Numbered from the stretch's first letter, positions 49,439 through 60,442 are shown. The stretch: 64,000 nt of DNA from an uncultured Cellvibrionales bacterium (GCA_963933215.1 CAWVSB010000001.1:626-64625); one strand, 5' to 3'. Numbers and translations are program-made. Notes: generated by a model not told the origin, from the sequence alone.

Positions 49439-50518
49439 ATGGATACGTTAACCGTAGATTTAGGCGACAGAAGTTACCCTATATATATTGGCGAAAAAGT
49501 ATTTTTAGACGGAGATCTTTTAGCTAAACATATTCAGGGCAAGCAGGTAATGGTTGTTACTAATACAACTATTGCTGCGTTATACCTTGACCAGTTAACC
49601 GCAGTATTAGCTAATTTCTCGGTGGCATTTTGTGTGTTGCCAGACGGAGAGCAGTATAAAACCCTAACTGTACTGAACCAAATCTTTGACAGCTTGTTAG
49701 AAGCTAAGTTTGACCGCACGGCAACGTTAATAGCGCTCGGCGGTGGAGTGGTTGGAGATATGACTGGTTTTGCCGCCGCTAGTTATCAGCGTGGAGTCAA
49801 CTTTATTCAAATTCCAACAACGGTGCTATCGCAAGTTGACTCATCTGTTGGTGGGAAAACCGGGGTAAATCATGTTCTAGGTAAAAATATGATTGGCGCT
49901 TTTTATCAGCCACGTGCAGTGTTTGCTGATATTTCTGTTTTAGCCACATTGCCTGACCGTGAGCTTTCTGCGGGCATTGCTGAAATCATTAAGTATGGGC
50001 TGATACAAGATGAGTCGTTTTTAGGGTGGCTAGAACATAATATGGCAGCCTTATTGGCGCTCGACCCGCCAGCAGTAACTTATGCTATTAAGCGGTCTTG
50101 TGAATGCAAGGCTGAAGTTGTTGCTCAAGACGAGCGCGAAGGCGGAATTCGTGCGATTCTTAACTTTGGGCATACTTTCGGTCACGCTATCGAGACTGAT
50201 CAAGGTTATGGTAATTGGCTCCATGGTGAGGCCGTGGCAGCTGGGATGATAGTGGCTAGTGCTTTGTCTGAGCAGCTTGGTTGGATTTCTAGCGCTGATT
50301 TAGACCGAGTTATAGCTATTACTAAAGCGGCTAATTTACCGACTACATTGCCAGCAAATATTACTCCTGAGCGTTTTTTGGAGCTAATGTCGGTCGATAA
50401 AAAAGTTATAGACGGGCAATTACGCCTCGTTTTACTTAATAGCCTAGGTGAGGCAGTAGTTACCAGCGAAGTTGACTGGAAATACGTTGTTGAAGCCATA
50501 AAATCCTGCCAAAAATAA
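49439..50518 (+). CDS. aroB: 3-dehydroquinate synthase
   Basis: 359 aa; [41 protein letters not shown]. Confidence 0.95.
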   Translation: MDTLTVDLGDRSYPIYIGEKVFLDGDLLAKHIQGKQVMVVTNTTIAALYLDQLTAVLANFSVAFCVLPDGEQYKTLTVLNQIFDSLLEAKFDRTATLIALGGGVVGDMTGFAAASYQRGVNFIQIPTTVLSQVDSSVGGKTGVNHVLGKNMIGAFYQPRAVFADISVLATLPDRELSAGIAEIIKYGLIQDESFLGWLEHNMAALLALDPPAVTYAIKRSCECKAEVVAQDEREGGIRAILNFGHTFGHAIETDQGYGNWLHGEAVAAGMIVASALSEQLGWISSADLDRVIAITKAANLPTTLPANITPERFLELMSVDKKVIDGQLRLVLLNSLGEAVVTSEVDWKYVVEAIKSCQK

Positions 50519-50685
50519 TACTAAATTAGTGTTAAGTTAGGCTTGGTGGTTTAGCCCGAAAGCCCAATTTGTTTACATCGATTCTTACGTGTAGAATAAC
50601 CATCCTTTTCGCGGGCTGAGAACTTTTTTGTTCTTCAATCAGCCGCTATCTGATTGATATTATTTGTTTTTTTAGTGAGCTTCTT

Positions 50686-51012
50686 ATGAGAACAGGCCTT
50701 TACAGTTCTGATCAATTTAAGGGTAACTGCGGCTTTGGGTTGATCTCCCATACCATTGGTCAGACAAGCCATAGACTATTGAAAGCTGCTATAGAGTCAT
50801 TAACGCGTATGGCCTATGGTAGCGGCATCGCCGTAGCCGGTAAAACTGACGATGGTTGTGGTTTTTTGGCGCAAGCATTAGATGCACTTCTACGCATTGT
50901 TGCACGAGGACAATTTGATCATCGATTAGCTGACCATTTTATTGTTGGTCAGATGTTTTTAAGTCCTGACGAAAATGAAGTTCTTAAGGCTAGGAAAATA
51001 TTTGAAAGATAG
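50686..51012 (+). pseudogene. gltB: Remnant of the 5' end of gltB (glutamate synthase large subunit), about 108 codons, degenerate
   Basis: The ORF encodes GLYSSDQFKGNCGFGLISH...SHRLLKAAIESLTRM...GKTDDGCGFL, colinear with the GltB N-terminal amidotransferase domain (GLY.P.EFKDNCGFGLIAH...SH.LL..AI.AL..M.HRG...DGKTGDGCGLL). The invariant HRG reads YGS and DGKTGDG reads AGKTDDG. A stop follows at 51010-51012. A full GltB is about 1480 aa. Confidence 0.8.
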
Positions 51013-51025
51013 CATCGCTAGCGCC

Positions 51026-51094
51026 ATGGTGCATGGTAGAGAGCTTTTGGTGACGGGTATCCGAGAAGGGCGCCAAGCTGCTGAAGATATTTGA
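51026..51094 (+). pseudogene. gltD: Remnant of the 3' end of gltD (glutamate synthase small subunit), last ~23 codons
   Basis: A different frame from the gltB remnant reads MVHGRELLVTGIREGRQAAEDI-stop. This matches the conserved GltD C-terminus pattern GDMVRG.(S/D)LVV.AI.EGR.AA..I. It lies directly upstream of hemE, as gltD does in Pseudomonas. Confidence 0.65.
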
Positions 51095-51146
51095 ACCAAC
51101 TTGAAGGTTAATGTTAACTGTATAAGTAACTGTAGTGGATTGATTA

Positions 51147-52211
51147 ATGAGTGAATTAAAGAACGATCGATTTTTAAAAGCATTATTACGCCAAGACGTA
51201 GATGTGACTCCAGTGTGGATGATGCGTCAAGCGGGGCGTTATCTACCTGAATATCGTGAGTCGAGAAGCAGAGCTGGTGATTTTATGGCTTTGTGCAGTA
51301 ATCCTGAGCTTGCCTGTGAAGTTACCATGCAACCACTTGCGCGTTATCCACTTGACGCCGCTATTTTGTTCTCAGATATTTTAACGATTCCCGATGCCAT
51401 GGGCTTAGGTTTGTATTTTGAGACTGGCGAGGGCCCACGTTTTAAAAAGACAGTTCGCACTGCCGCTGATGTTGAAGCGCTACCGATAACTAATGCTAAG
51501 AAAGATCTGCCTTATGTGTTAGATGCTGTCAGCACTATTCGTCGCGAGCTAAACGGCAGTGTGCCGCTAATTGGCTTTTCTGGCAGCCCATGGACTTTAG
51601 CCACTTATATGGTTGAAGGTGGCTCATCTAAAGATTTTCGTCGCGCTAAAGCGATGGCTTTTGATCAGCCTGAAGTTATGCACATGTTGCTCGAGAAACT
51701 GGCCTTGTCGGTTATTGATTATCTCAATGGTCAAATTTTAGCGGGTGCTCAAGTAGTACAGATCTTTGATACTTGGGGAGGTGCGTTAAGTCCCTGGGCA
51801 TATAAAGAATTTTCCCTCGATTATATGCAAAAAATAGTCGATGGCTTGATCCGTGAGCATGATGGTCGTGAAATCCCCGTAATTTTATTTACTAAAAATG
51901 GTGGGCAGTGGCTGGAGCAGATGGCAGCTACAGGGGCCAGTGCCTTGGGGTTAGATTGGACAACTGATATCGGTAATGCGCGGTCTCGGGTTGGCGACCG
52001 TGTTACATTACAAGGCAATATGGATCCAACTATGTTGTATGCAAAACCTGCGGCAATCCGCGCTGAAGTTGAGCGTATTTTAAAAAGTTTCGGTAATGGT
52101 AATGGTCATGTATTTAATTTAGGTCATGGTATTACTCCAGAAGTATCGCCAGAAAACGCAGGTGTTTTTATTGAAGCGGTGCATGAATTTTCAGCTCAGT
52201 ACCATCAGTAG
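51147..52211 (+). CDS. hemE: Uroporphyrinogen decarboxylase
   Basis: 354 aa; [31 protein letters not shown]. Confidence 0.95.
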   Translation: MSELKNDRFLKALLRQDVDVTPVWMMRQAGRYLPEYRESRSRAGDFMALCSNPELACEVTMQPLARYPLDAAILFSDILTIPDAMGLGLYFETGEGPRFKKTVRTAADVEALPITNAKKDLPYVLDAVSTIRRELNGSVPLIGFSGSPWTLATYMVEGGSSKDFRRAKAMAFDQPEVMHMLLEKLALSVIDYLNGQILAGAQVVQIFDTWGGALSPWAYKEFSLDYMQKIVDGLIREHDGREIPVILFTKNGGQWLEQMAATGASALGLDWTTDIGNARSRVGDRVTLQGNMDPTMLYAKPAAIRAEVERILKSFGNGNGHVFNLGHGITPEVSPENAGVFIEAVHEFSAQYHQ

Positions 52212-52235
52212 CCTTTACTAAGTGGATATTAAATA

Positions 52236-52829
52236 GTGTCAATTCGGTTTATATCGTCAGCAGCATTGCCAACCCCATGGGCGGTATTTGTTATGCATGG
52301 TTTTGAAGAAGAAAGTAGTGGTAAGGAGCATGTTGTTCTAACTCTAGGTGATGTGTCGACTGCTGAGCCAGTTTTGGTAAGAGTTCATTCAGAATGTTTA
52401 ACCGGAGACGCACTATTTAGTATGCGCTGTGACTGCGGAGCCCAGTTAGAGGCGGCTATGCAAGCTGTTGCTAAAGCAGGACGGGGCGCTATCTTGTATT
52501 TGCGTCAAGAAGGTCGCGGTATCGGATTATTGAACAAAATTAAAGCTTACAAATTGCAGGATGCTGGTGCTGACACCGTTGAAGCAAACGAGCAGTTAGG
52601 CTTTGGCGCAGACATGCGCAATTATAGTATTTGTGGAGCAATGCTTAGTCATTTATCTATTACTCAAATTCATTTAATGACTAATAATCCGCGTAAAGTT
52701 TCCGCTTTAGAGGAAATGGGTATAAACGTTGTAGAGCGCATAGCGCTGAGAAGTGGACAGAATCCACATAATGAAAATTACTTAAAAACTAAAGCAGGCA
52801 AGCTTGGCCATTTAATGAGCGACGATTAA
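52236..52829 (+). CDS. ribA: GTP cyclohydrolase II
   Basis: 197 aa with a GTG start; [11 protein letters not shown]...CDCG zinc site, [21 protein letters not shown]. Confidence 0.92.
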   Translation: MSIRFISSAALPTPWAVFVMHGFEEESSGKEHVVLTLGDVSTAEPVLVRVHSECLTGDALFSMRCDCGAQLEAAMQAVAKAGRGAILYLRQEGRGIGLLNKIKAYKLQDAGADTVEANEQLGFGADMRNYSICGAMLSHLSITQIHLMTNNPRKVSALEEMGINVVERIALRSGQNPHNENYLKTKAGKLGHLMSDD

Positions 52830-52838
52830 ATATTCAGG

Positions 52839-54749
52839 TCATTTAGCGACTGTTTGAGTATTGTTTTTCTCTAGCCAGTTCATTCTTTTAGCAATCGAAT
52901 GGTAAATGCCGTCGCTGTCTAAACCCGATTGAGCCAGTAATTCTTGATGGGTACCATGATTCAAGAATTCATCGCGCAAGCCTAAATTCAGGGTGGGGAA
53001 TACAATTTCCGCCGCGGCTAAATACTCGTTAACACCGCTACCAGCGCCGCCAGCGGTAGTGTTCTCCTCTACGGTAACAATCAAGTCATGACTTTCTGCT
53101 AGTTGCGCAATTAATTTTTCGTCAATTGGTTTAACGAAGCGCATGTCGACAACGGTGGCATTTAATTTGTCGCCAGCAGCGATGCTTTCACTAAGAAGGC
53201 TGCCGAAATTAAGAATGGCAATATGAGCCCCGTCGCGGCGAATAATACCCTTGCCAATAGGTAGTGGGGCCATTGCTGTCACTGTCTGAATGCCTGGCCC
53301 GGTCCCGCGCGGATAGCGCACTGCAGTTGGCCCTTGATGAAGGTAGCCAGTGTACAACAGTTGCCGACATTCATTCTCATCGCTAGGTGCTATCACCACC
53401 ATATTCGGAATGCAGCGCAAATAGGTTAAGTCAAAAGCCCCTGCATGAGTGGCGCCATCTTCGCCAACTAGGCCGGCTCTATCTATTGCAAACAGCACAT
53501 CTAGATTTTGCAGTGCTACGTCATGCACTAGTTGGTCGTAGCCGCGTTGTAAAAAAGTTGAGTAAATGGCGACCACTGGTTTTAGTCCATCACATGCCAT
53601 GCCTGCGGCTAATGTGACAGCATGCTGCTCGGCAATGGCTACATCGAAGTAGCGATCAGGGAAGCGCTTGGCAAACTCAACCATGCCAGAGCCTTCGCAC
53701 ATAGCCGGAGTGATGCCTATTAGTTTACTGTCTTGCTCAGCCATGTCGCACAGCCATTGACCAAAAACATCTTGGTATTTTTTTGTCTGAGGGCTAGAGT
53801 TTTTAGGCTTTACTTCAATTTTATTAATTGCATGATAGCCCACAGGATCTTTTTCTGCCGGCGCAAAGCCCTTACCTTTAGTCGTCATAATGTGGAGTAG
53901 CTGTGGGCCTTGAAGGTCACGCATATTTTTTAGTGTATAAATTAGAGTGTCAATATCATGGCCGTCGATCGGGCCAATATAATTAAAGCCTAATTCCTCA
54001 AACATCATGCCTGGTGCAACTAGACCTTTAACATGTTCTTCCGCTTTTTGGGCAAGATCTAAGGCTGACGGTATCTTGGCTAAAACCTTTTTACTACCTT
54101 CTCTAAACTGAGTGTAAGGCTTGCTGGCCCAAATACGGCTAAAATAAGTATTAAGACCGCCTTTGTTATGTCCGATAGACATTTGATTATCGTTCAGCAC
54201 AACAAGCATATCAGCATCGGTGTGAGCCGCGTGATTCAACGCTTCAAATGCCATGCCGGCGGTCATTGCGCCGTCACCAATTACCGCAGCCACTTTTCTT
54301 CCGCTGCGGTTATGTTTTGCGGCCAAGGCCATACCTAATGCGGCGCTAATACTAGTACTTGAATGACCAACCCCAAACGTATCGTACTTACTTTCACTGC
54401 GTTTTGGAAAGCCCGATAGGCCATCTTTTTGCCGAATAGAGAGCATTTCCTCGCGCCGACCAGTGAGTATTTTATGAGGATAGGCCTGATGTCCAACATC
54501 CCAGACAATACGATCTTCAGGCGTGTTGTATACATAATGTAGGGCGATTGTTAGTTCAATAACTCCAAGTCCAGCGCCAAAGTGGCCGCCTGTTTGGCCG
54601 GTGCTATAGAGCAAATATTCGCGTAATTCGTCGCATACTTTATCAAGTTGATTTTCTGATAACTCGCGAAGCTGCTTAGTATCATTCACCGTGTCCAGTA
54701 AAGGGGTTGCTGGGCGAGAAGCGGGAATAGTTTCAAACAGTTTACTCAT
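52839..54749 (-). CDS. dxs: 1-deoxy-D-xylulose-5-phosphate synthase
   Basis: 636 aa; [52 protein letters not shown]. Confidence 0.96.
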   Translation of the reverse strand: MSKLFETIPASRPATPLLDTVNDTKQLRELSENQLDKVCDELREYLLYSTGQTGGHFGAGLGVIELTIALHYVYNTPEDRIVWDVGHQAYPHKILTGRREEMLSIRQKDGLSGFPKRSESKYDTFGVGHSSTSISAALGMALAAKHNRSGRKVAAVIGDGAMTAGMAFEALNHAAHTDADMLVVLNDNQMSIGHNKGGLNTYFSRIWASKPYTQFREGSKKVLAKIPSALDLAQKAEEHVKGLVAPGMMFEELGFNYIGPIDGHDIDTLIYTLKNMRDLQGPQLLHIMTTKGKGFAPAEKDPVGYHAINKIEVKPKNSSPQTKKYQDVFGQWLCDMAEQDSKLIGITPAMCEGSGMVEFAKRFPDRYFDVAIAEQHAVTLAAGMACDGLKPVVAIYSTFLQRGYDQLVHDVALQNLDVLFAIDRAGLVGEDGATHAGAFDLTYLRCIPNMVVIAPSDENECRQLLYTGYLHQGPTAVRYPRGTGPGIQTVTAMAPLPIGKGIIRRDGAHIAILNFGSLLSESIAAGDKLNATVVDMRFVKPIDEKLIAQLAESHDLIVTVEENTTAGGAGSGVNEYLAAAEIVFPTLNLGLRDEFLNHGTHQELLAQSGLDSDGIYHSIAKRMNWLEKNNTQTVAK

Positions 54750-54826
54750 AAGATCTCAAAATGCGTTGGCACCCAGCTGAATACCTTCAATAACACAATT
54801 TTACCCCATGTATGAGTGAAGTGCGC

Positions 54827-55747
54827 CTAAAAATTTCGCTGGATGATATAGTCGGCCAACTGTCGCAGCCCATTGGCGTTAGCACCAAAGCTAGCTAAAG
54901 CCGCAATTGCTTGTTTATGCAAATATGCCGCTTCGGCTTTGGTTTTTTCAAGCCCCATTAATGAAGGGAACGTTGATTTTTTCTGCCCGATATCTGCGCC
55001 TTGTTGCTTTCCAAGTTGTTCAGTGGAGGACTCAATATCCAAAATATCGTCTACCACCTGAAAGGCCAACCCAATGGCATTAGCATAGTCATCTAATGCT
55101 TTTAACTGAGCATCGCTAGCACCTGCAGCGGTGGCCCCAAGGGCCACTGCTGCGCGTATAAGCGCGCCTGTTTTTAGCTGATGCATGTTGCGAAGATGCT
55201 CAGTAGTGATGGATTGGCCGGCTGCCTGTAAATCAATATACTGGCCTGCCACCATCCCGCGCACGCCAGCGGTAGCGCTCAGTATTTTTATTAATTCTAT
55301 TTTAGTGTGAGCAGTGCTGGTTGCCAAGTTCGCGAGTATTTCGAATGCAGCAGTATTGAGAGCATCGCCAGCTAAAATAGCTGTCGCTTCGTCAAATTTA
55401 ATATGATTTGTTGGCTGACCGCGGCGCAAGTCGTCATCGTCCATCGCGGGTAAGTCATCATGGATTAGTGAGTAACAGTGAATACATTCAATAGCTGCGG
55501 CTATACCATCAAGGTCGGTGATTAAATTTGTGCCTGTAATGGCTTCAGCCGCAGCGTAAACTAATAGCGGACGGACTCTTTTACCACCTGACAATAGACT
55601 GTAATTGATGGCTTCGTTAAGGGCCGCCGACAACTCAGTGTTTTTTAAGCTGCAATATAAAGAGCTGCGGTTATCAAATAACGAGCCTAATTTCGTTTCA
55701 ATGCGAATTGAGCACTGCGCTTGATAGTCTGAAAAAGGCGTAGACAT
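54827..55747 (-). CDS. ispA: (2E,6E)-farnesyl diphosphate synthase
   Basis: 306 aa with two Asp-rich motifs, LIHDDLPAMDDDDLRRG and FQVVDDILD. It lies between xseB and dxs as in other gammaproteobacteria. Confidence 0.93.
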   Translation of the reverse strand: MSTPFSDYQAQCSIRIETKLGSLFDNRSSLYCSLKNTELSAALNEAINYSLLSGGKRVRPLLVYAAAEAITGTNLITDLDGIAAAIECIHCYSLIHDDLPAMDDDDLRRGQPTNHIKFDEATAILAGDALNTAAFEILANLATSTAHTKIELIKILSATAGVRGMVAGQYIDLQAAGQSITTEHLRNMHQLKTGALIRAAVALGATAAGASDAQLKALDDYANAIGLAFQVVDDILDIESSTEQLGKQQGADIGQKKSTFPSLMGLEKTKAEAAYLHKQAIAALASFGANANGLRQLADYIIQRNF

Positions 55748-55750
55748 AAG

Positions 55751-55993
55751 TTAGTCTTCGTCAGCTTCGGTAAAAGGTTTTAATTCGATATTGCCTTGTT
55801 TTTCAATTAGAGTCTGAATTTTTTGCTCTGCTTTATTAAGCGAGTCTTGGCAGTTCTTAGTCAGATTTACCCCATGTTCGAAGGCTTTTAGCGATTCCTC
55901 TAGCGACAGATCACCTACCTCTAACTGCTGCACAATTGCCTCAAGTTCGCTTAAGGTATCTTCGAAATTGGGATTAGATTTTGCTTTGACCAT
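55751..55993 (-). CDS. xseB: Exodeoxyribonuclease VII small subunit
   Basis: 80 aa; [31 protein letters not shown]. Confidence 0.9.
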   Translation of the reverse strand: MVKAKSNPNFEDTLSELEAIVQQLEVGDLSLEESLKAFEHGVNLTKNCQDSLNKAEQKIQTLIEKQGNIELKPFTEADED

Positions 55994-56054
55994 TGGCTGT
56001 TCTCTTTTAACTATGGTTTCGTTAGATGGTAAGTTTAACAGGCTTTCTATGTTT

Positions 56055-56582
56055 TTAGCGGGGTGGAAATTTGCTAAGAATTTTCGTCACCGTTGATGAT
56101 AATGCGGCGCTCTTTTCATCTGGGTCACCGCCACCATTAAGTTTAACAGTGTCTTGTCCTTGCCACACTAATTGGCCAGCAGACGTTGTTATTGATATTT
56201 TAAGTACATAAGAGATTTTGTTGCCGCCGATGGGCACACTGACTCCAACGCCTAATCTGGGTTTCCAGCTGCCAGCTGAGGCTCCAACCGAGACGATAGG
56301 CTGCTCTTTCGTTTGGTGCATGCCGTCAGCTAAGGCATGGATTACCCGAAAGTCGGCGCGCTGATCATTGCGACTGAAGTTTTTTGTTGTCAGGTCATCG
56401 CTTATAAGAGAGTTCAGGCGTTTAGCTATTAAATCTTCGCTTGCCCTAGCGGCGCCGACTGTAAATGACTGTAGTTGCGAGAAGGCATACTCGGTGTCGT
56501 AGTCGTAAGATACTGCTGAGGTGCAGGCGCCAACTAGACTTAATAATATGGCTAAAACACTATATTTAGGTAGCAATGTCAT
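56055..56582 (-). CDS. Lipoprotein, DUF4136-like
   Basis: 175 aa with a lipobox (LSLVGAC) followed by a YDYD...F segment, reminiscent of DUF4136 lipoproteins. This assignment is from memory. Confidence 0.6.
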   Translation of the reverse strand: MTLLPKYSVLAILLSLVGACTSAVSYDYDTEYAFSQLQSFTVGAARASEDLIAKRLNSLISDDLTTKNFSRNDQRADFRVIHALADGMHQTKEQPIVSVGASAGSWKPRLGVGVSVPIGGNKISYVLKISITTSAGQLVWQGQDTVKLNGGGDPDEKSAALSSTVTKILSKFPPR

Positions 56583-56688
56583 TGGCTATCTCTCTAAGGT
56601 TGTTAGTTGTCTGGTGATGTCTTTAATTTCCCCCCGCGCGGGCTGGAAGGTATAATGATCGCCTTTATATTTACAGTAAGAACTTTCA

Positions 56689-57570
56689 ATGATGGATAGT
56701 CTCATAAAAAGCATTAGAGGAAAATTAACGCGCAGTATTTTATTGCTAGGACTAATGGCAATAAGTGGCTGCGCGAGTCTGATTTCGTCTCAAGTTGGTG
56801 GTCTTGCTAATAACTTGTCAGCGGCTATTTATAACAATAATGACCTAGAATCAGTTGGCCAAGCTATCCCAACGTTTTTAATTTTAATAGACAGTTTAAT
56901 TGTGTCTAGCCCTGATAGTGAAACAATGCTTAGGGCCGGCGCACAACTTAATGATGCCTATGCTGGCGGTTTTGTCAGTGATGCTGAGCGCAAAAAGAAG
57001 CTGACTGATAAGTCATTGGTTTACGCAAAAGCAGCTTTGTGCGCTAATGATGACGATTTTTGTGAATTAGCTGAATTGCCGTATCAGGACTTTTTAGAGC
57101 AATTAGCTAACAGTGACGAAGGTAATATCGACTATATTTATACCTTAGGTGTTAGTTGGTTAAGCTGGATTCAAGCACATAGCGATGACTGGTCTGCAAT
57201 TACTGGCTTGGCAAAAGTTGAAGCCTTATTGAAAAGGGTGGTAGAGCTGGATGATAGTTATGACAACGGTAGTGCTCATTTGTATCTAGGAGGTATTGCC
57301 ACCTTGCTACCACAAGCTTTAGGCGGCAAGCCTGAAGAGGGTAGAAAGCATTTTGACAAGGCCATAGAGTATTCAGGCGGCAAGAATTTAATGGCAAAAG
57401 TTGTTTATGCGCAAATGTATGCTCGCCTAGTGTTCAACCAAGAGCTCCATGACAGCTTATTAAATGAAGTGTTGTCAGCCGACCCTAATGTGAAAAATTT
57501 TATATTAATGAATACTTTGGCCCAGCGAGAAGCTAAAAAATTGCTGGCCAGCTCGCCTGATTATTTTTAA
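56689..57570 (+). CDS. TRAP transporter TatT-component family lipoprotein (TPR-like accessory protein)
   Basis: 293 aa with a lipobox (LMAISGC). The C-terminal block HLYLGGIATLLPQALGGKPEEGRKHFDKAIEYSGGKNLMAKVVYAQMYARLVFNQELHD...LMNTLAQREAKKLLASSPDYF matches my recollection of TatT-family proteins. It lies directly upstream of the TRAP P/Q/M genes. Confidence 0.75.
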   Translation: MMDSLIKSIRGKLTRSILLLGLMAISGCASLISSQVGGLANNLSAAIYNNNDLESVGQAIPTFLILIDSLIVSSPDSETMLRAGAQLNDAYAGGFVSDAERKKKLTDKSLVYAKAALCANDDDFCELAELPYQDFLEQLANSDEGNIDYIYTLGVSWLSWIQAHSDDWSAITGLAKVEALLKRVVELDDSYDNGSAHLYLGGIATLLPQALGGKPEEGRKHFDKAIEYSGGKNLMAKVVYAQMYARLVFNQELHDSLLNEVLSADPNVKNFILMNTLAQREAKKLLASSPDYF

Positions 57571-57580
57571 GGAAAATAGC

Positions 57581-58597
57581 ATGAAAGGAAGATCAATTGT
57601 TAGCAGCTTTATCGCTGGCGGGCTAATGGCGTTGGCGGTGAATTCATCGGCGGCAGTATTTAAGATAGCGACAGTATCACCAGATGGCACTAGTTGGATG
57701 AAGTCGATGCGCGCAGCTGCAGCTGATATTACCGTGCAAACTGACGGCCGAGTTAAGTTTAAGTTTTACCCTGGTGGTGTTATGGGTAATGACAAAGCGG
57801 TGATGCGAAAAATACGTATTGGCCAATTACAAGGCGCAGCAGTTCCCGGTGGAGCGATGGTGGGCGCAGCGCCAGATTCTCTAATTTATACGTTGCCATT
57901 AAAATTTAAAAGCTTTGCGGAAATCGACTATGTCCGCCAGCGTATGGATAGTCAAATTGTTGCCGATATCGAGAGGGGTGGCTTTGTGAATTTCGGTCTA
58001 GCCGAAGGCGGTTTTGCCTATGTAATGGCTAAGCGACCAATTGCCAGCGTCGAAGAATTGAAGAAAGGTAAGGTTTGGATTCCTAGCGGCGACAAGGCTG
58101 CGCTCGATGCAGTACAAACTTTTGGTGTCTCGCCGGTACCGTTATCACTGGCTGATGTGTTGGCAGGTTTGCAAACGGGGCTTATTGATACCGCTGCCAC
58201 TTCGCCTATTGGCGCTATCGCATTGCAGTGGCACACGCAGATTAGCCACATGACTGATTTACCAATAATGTATTTCTACGCTTTGTTAGCGATCGACCAG
58301 AAGGTTTTTAAGCGCTTATCAGATGGCGATCAACTCATCGTTCGGATGGTAATGACGCAGGCATATAAAGATATCGATGCGCAAAACAGAAAAGATAATG
58401 AGTCGGCCTACAGTGCTTTGTTAAAGCAAGGTATTAAGCTTGTAACGCCGTCAGCTGAAGAAGTTGCCGTTTGGGATAGCAAGGCTGAAGTTGCACAACA
58501 AAAAGCTATTGCTGGAGGATTCTTTTCGCCAGCCATTGCCGACGAGCTAGATCGGCATTTACAAAACTATCGTCAGCAGAGCTCGGCGCAAGAATAA
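57581..58597 (+). CDS. TRAP transporter substrate-binding protein (DctP family; TatP-type given the adjacent TatT)
   Basis: 338 aa with a signal peptide. The mature N-terminus (FKIATVSPDGTSWMK) is DctP-like, and the position within the TRAP operon fits. Confidence 0.85.
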   Translation: MKGRSIVSSFIAGGLMALAVNSSAAVFKIATVSPDGTSWMKSMRAAAADITVQTDGRVKFKFYPGGVMGNDKAVMRKIRIGQLQGAAVPGGAMVGAAPDSLIYTLPLKFKSFAEIDYVRQRMDSQIVADIERGGFVNFGLAEGGFAYVMAKRPIASVEELKKGKVWIPSGDKAALDAVQTFGVSPVPLSLADVLAGLQTGLIDTAATSPIGAIALQWHTQISHMTDLPIMYFYALLAIDQKVFKRLSDGDQLIVRMVMTQAYKDIDAQNRKDNESAYSALLKQGIKLVTPSAEEVAVWDSKAEVAQQKAIAGGFFSPAIADELDRHLQNYRQQSSAQE

Positions 58598-58601
58598 GTC
58601 G

Positions 58602-59084
58602 GTGAATTACTTAGTGATACTGTTTCACAAGCTTGAAAATGCGCTGCTTTATAGTGTAGTTATTGGCTTAGTGTCGATTTCCCTATCGCAGATATGGCTG
58701 CGTAATGTGCACGATAGCGGTATCTATTGGGGTGATTCTGCGCTGCGAGTGTTAGTTTTTTGGTTGGCAATGGTCGGGGCCATGGTCGCTAGCCGCGAAA
58801 CAGGGCATATTTCTATCGACGCTCTATCGCGTTATTTATCGCCTTTATGGCGTAAAATAACTGCTACAAGCACAAGTGTTTTTAGTGCGTCGGTATGTTT
58901 TATTGCTGCATGGCAAAGTTATCTATTCGTTAAAGATGAACGTGAATTTGGTGATATCGCCTTTGCCAATATCCCGGTCTGGTGGTGTGAAGCGATTATG
59001 CCAGTAGCGTTATTTGTGATCGGTCTACGTTTCTTAATACAACTATTCTTTCCCATTCCTCAAGCGCCAGAGCAGGACACTTGA
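58602..59084 (+). CDS. TRAP transporter small permease (DctQ family)
   Basis: 160 aa with a GTG start and four helices. It lies between the P and M genes. Confidence 0.85.
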   Translation: MNYLVILFHKLENALLYSVVIGLVSISLSQIWLRNVHDSGIYWGDSALRVLVFWLAMVGAMVASRETGHISIDALSRYLSPLWRKITATSTSVFSASVCFIAAWQSYLFVKDEREFGDIAFANIPVWWCEAIMPVALFVIGLRFLIQLFFPIPQAPEQDT

Positions 59085-60364
59085 TGGAAACATATTTTGC
59101 TATAGCGGCCATTTTACTATTGGCTGTAATGGGCGCGCCTATATTTGTGGTGCTGCTGTCGCTAGCTATGTTTGGGTTTTATATAGCTGACGTGCCATTA
59201 ATGATCGTCTCGGTAGAGCTTTACCGTATCAGCGACACGCCACTATTATTGGCCTTGCCATTATTTACTTTAGCAGGTTATTTGTTAGCAGAAAGCCAAA
59301 GCTCTACTAGGTTAGTCAATGTTACTCAGGCATTAATTGGCTGGCTACCAGGTAGCTTGTCGATTATTGCCTTCATCACCTGTGCCCTATTTACCGCATT
59401 TACCGGTGCATCCGGTGTCACAATTGTTGCGGTTGGCGCTCTGTTATATCCAGCCTTGAAACAGGTTGGCTACAGCGAGCGCTATAGTTTGGGTTTGGTG
59501 ACAACCTCTGGCAGCTTGGGGTTGTTGTTAGCGCCGTCTTTGCCGTTAATTTTATATGGAATTATTGCTCAGCAATTAGGCGTTGGGCCGTCATTTACTA
59601 TTCAGCAGTTATTTTTAGCCGGCTTAATGCCTGCAGCATTAATGCTAATTATGCTATCAGTTTGGAGCTTGTGGATTCATCGCGGCAAAAATATTGCGAT
59701 GCAAAAGTTCACTATTGAGGAATTAAAAGCAGCGCTATGGGCTGCTCGTTGGGAAATTCCTCTGCCGTCATTAGTCATCGGGGGCATTTACGGCGGTTTT
59801 TTTGCAGTATCAGAAACCGCAGCGGTTATTTTACTCTATGTGTTTATTGTGGAAGTTTTTATCTACAAAGAAATTAGCCTTACGCAGCTACCGGTTGTCG
59901 TTCGTAAAGCGGTAGCAATGGTAGGCGGCATTATTTTGATTTTAGGCGTGTCGCTAGCGTTGACCAATGTGTTAATTGATGCAGAAATTCCGACTAAAGT
60001 ATTTGATTTAGTGCAGTCAAAAATAGAGAGTAAATGGGCATTTTTAGTATTTCTGACAATATTTTTACTGATCCTCGGAGCGATATTAGATATTTTTTCG
60101 GCCATTGTAATAATGGTGCCTATTTTGCTGCCTATAGCCGTAGCCTATGGAATTCACCCGGTTCATTTGGGCATAATATTTTTAGCCAATATGCAAATAG
60201 GTTACTTTACGCCGCCGGTGGGAATGAACTTATTTATTGCCAGCTATCGCTTCAATAAACCGATAACCGAATTATATAGAGCGACTTTGCCGTTTATGGC
60301 TGTATTGATAGTAGCGCTGCTATTGATTACCTATATACCGTGGTTGAGTTTAGGGTTGATTTAA
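59081..60364 (+). CDS. TRAP transporter large permease (DctM family)
   Basis: 427 aa with about 12 helices and DctM-typical segments (FTGASGVTIVAVG, TSGSLGLLLAPSLPLILY). The first ATG is at 59084. Confidence 0.9.
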   Translation: MMETYFAIAAILLLAVMGAPIFVVLLSLAMFGFYIADVPLMIVSVELYRISDTPLLLALPLFTLAGYLLAESQSSTRLVNVTQALIGWLPGSLSIIAFITCALFTAFTGASGVTIVAVGALLYPALKQVGYSERYSLGLVTTSGSLGLLLAPSLPLILYGIIAQQLGVGPSFTIQQLFLAGLMPAALMLIMLSVWSLWIHRGKNIAMQKFTIEELKAALWAARWEIPLPSLVIGGIYGGFFAVSETAAVILLYVFIVEVFIYKEISLTQLPVVVRKAVAMVGGIILILGVSLALTNVLIDAEIPTKVFDLVQSKIESKWAFLVFLTIFLLILGAILDIFSAIVIMVPILLPIAVAYGIHPVHLGIIFLANMQIGYFTPPVGMNLFIASYRFNKPITELYRATLPFMAVLIVALLLITYIPWLSLGLI

Positions 60365-60383
60365 ACGGTAGGTTTTAGTCGCA

Positions 60384-60420
60384 TGTATAAAAAAGCTCGC
60401 ATAACGAACCTTTTTATACA
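60384..60420. terminator. AT-rich inverted repeat between the convergent dctM-like and TonB-receptor genes (possible bidirectional terminator)
   Basis: TGTATAAAAA ... TTTTTATACA are arms of about 10-11 bp separated by about 14 nt. The element is located in the 78-bp convergent gap. Confidence 0.4.
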
Positions 60421-60442
60421 GTTTTCAGTTACTAGCTTTCAG

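Noticed and set aside
50959-51183. 74-aa minus-strand ORF spanning the gltD remnant and the hemE start.
   Set aside because: It overlaps the hemE 5' end on the opposite strand and has no motifs. It is explained by chance in a region of decayed sequence.
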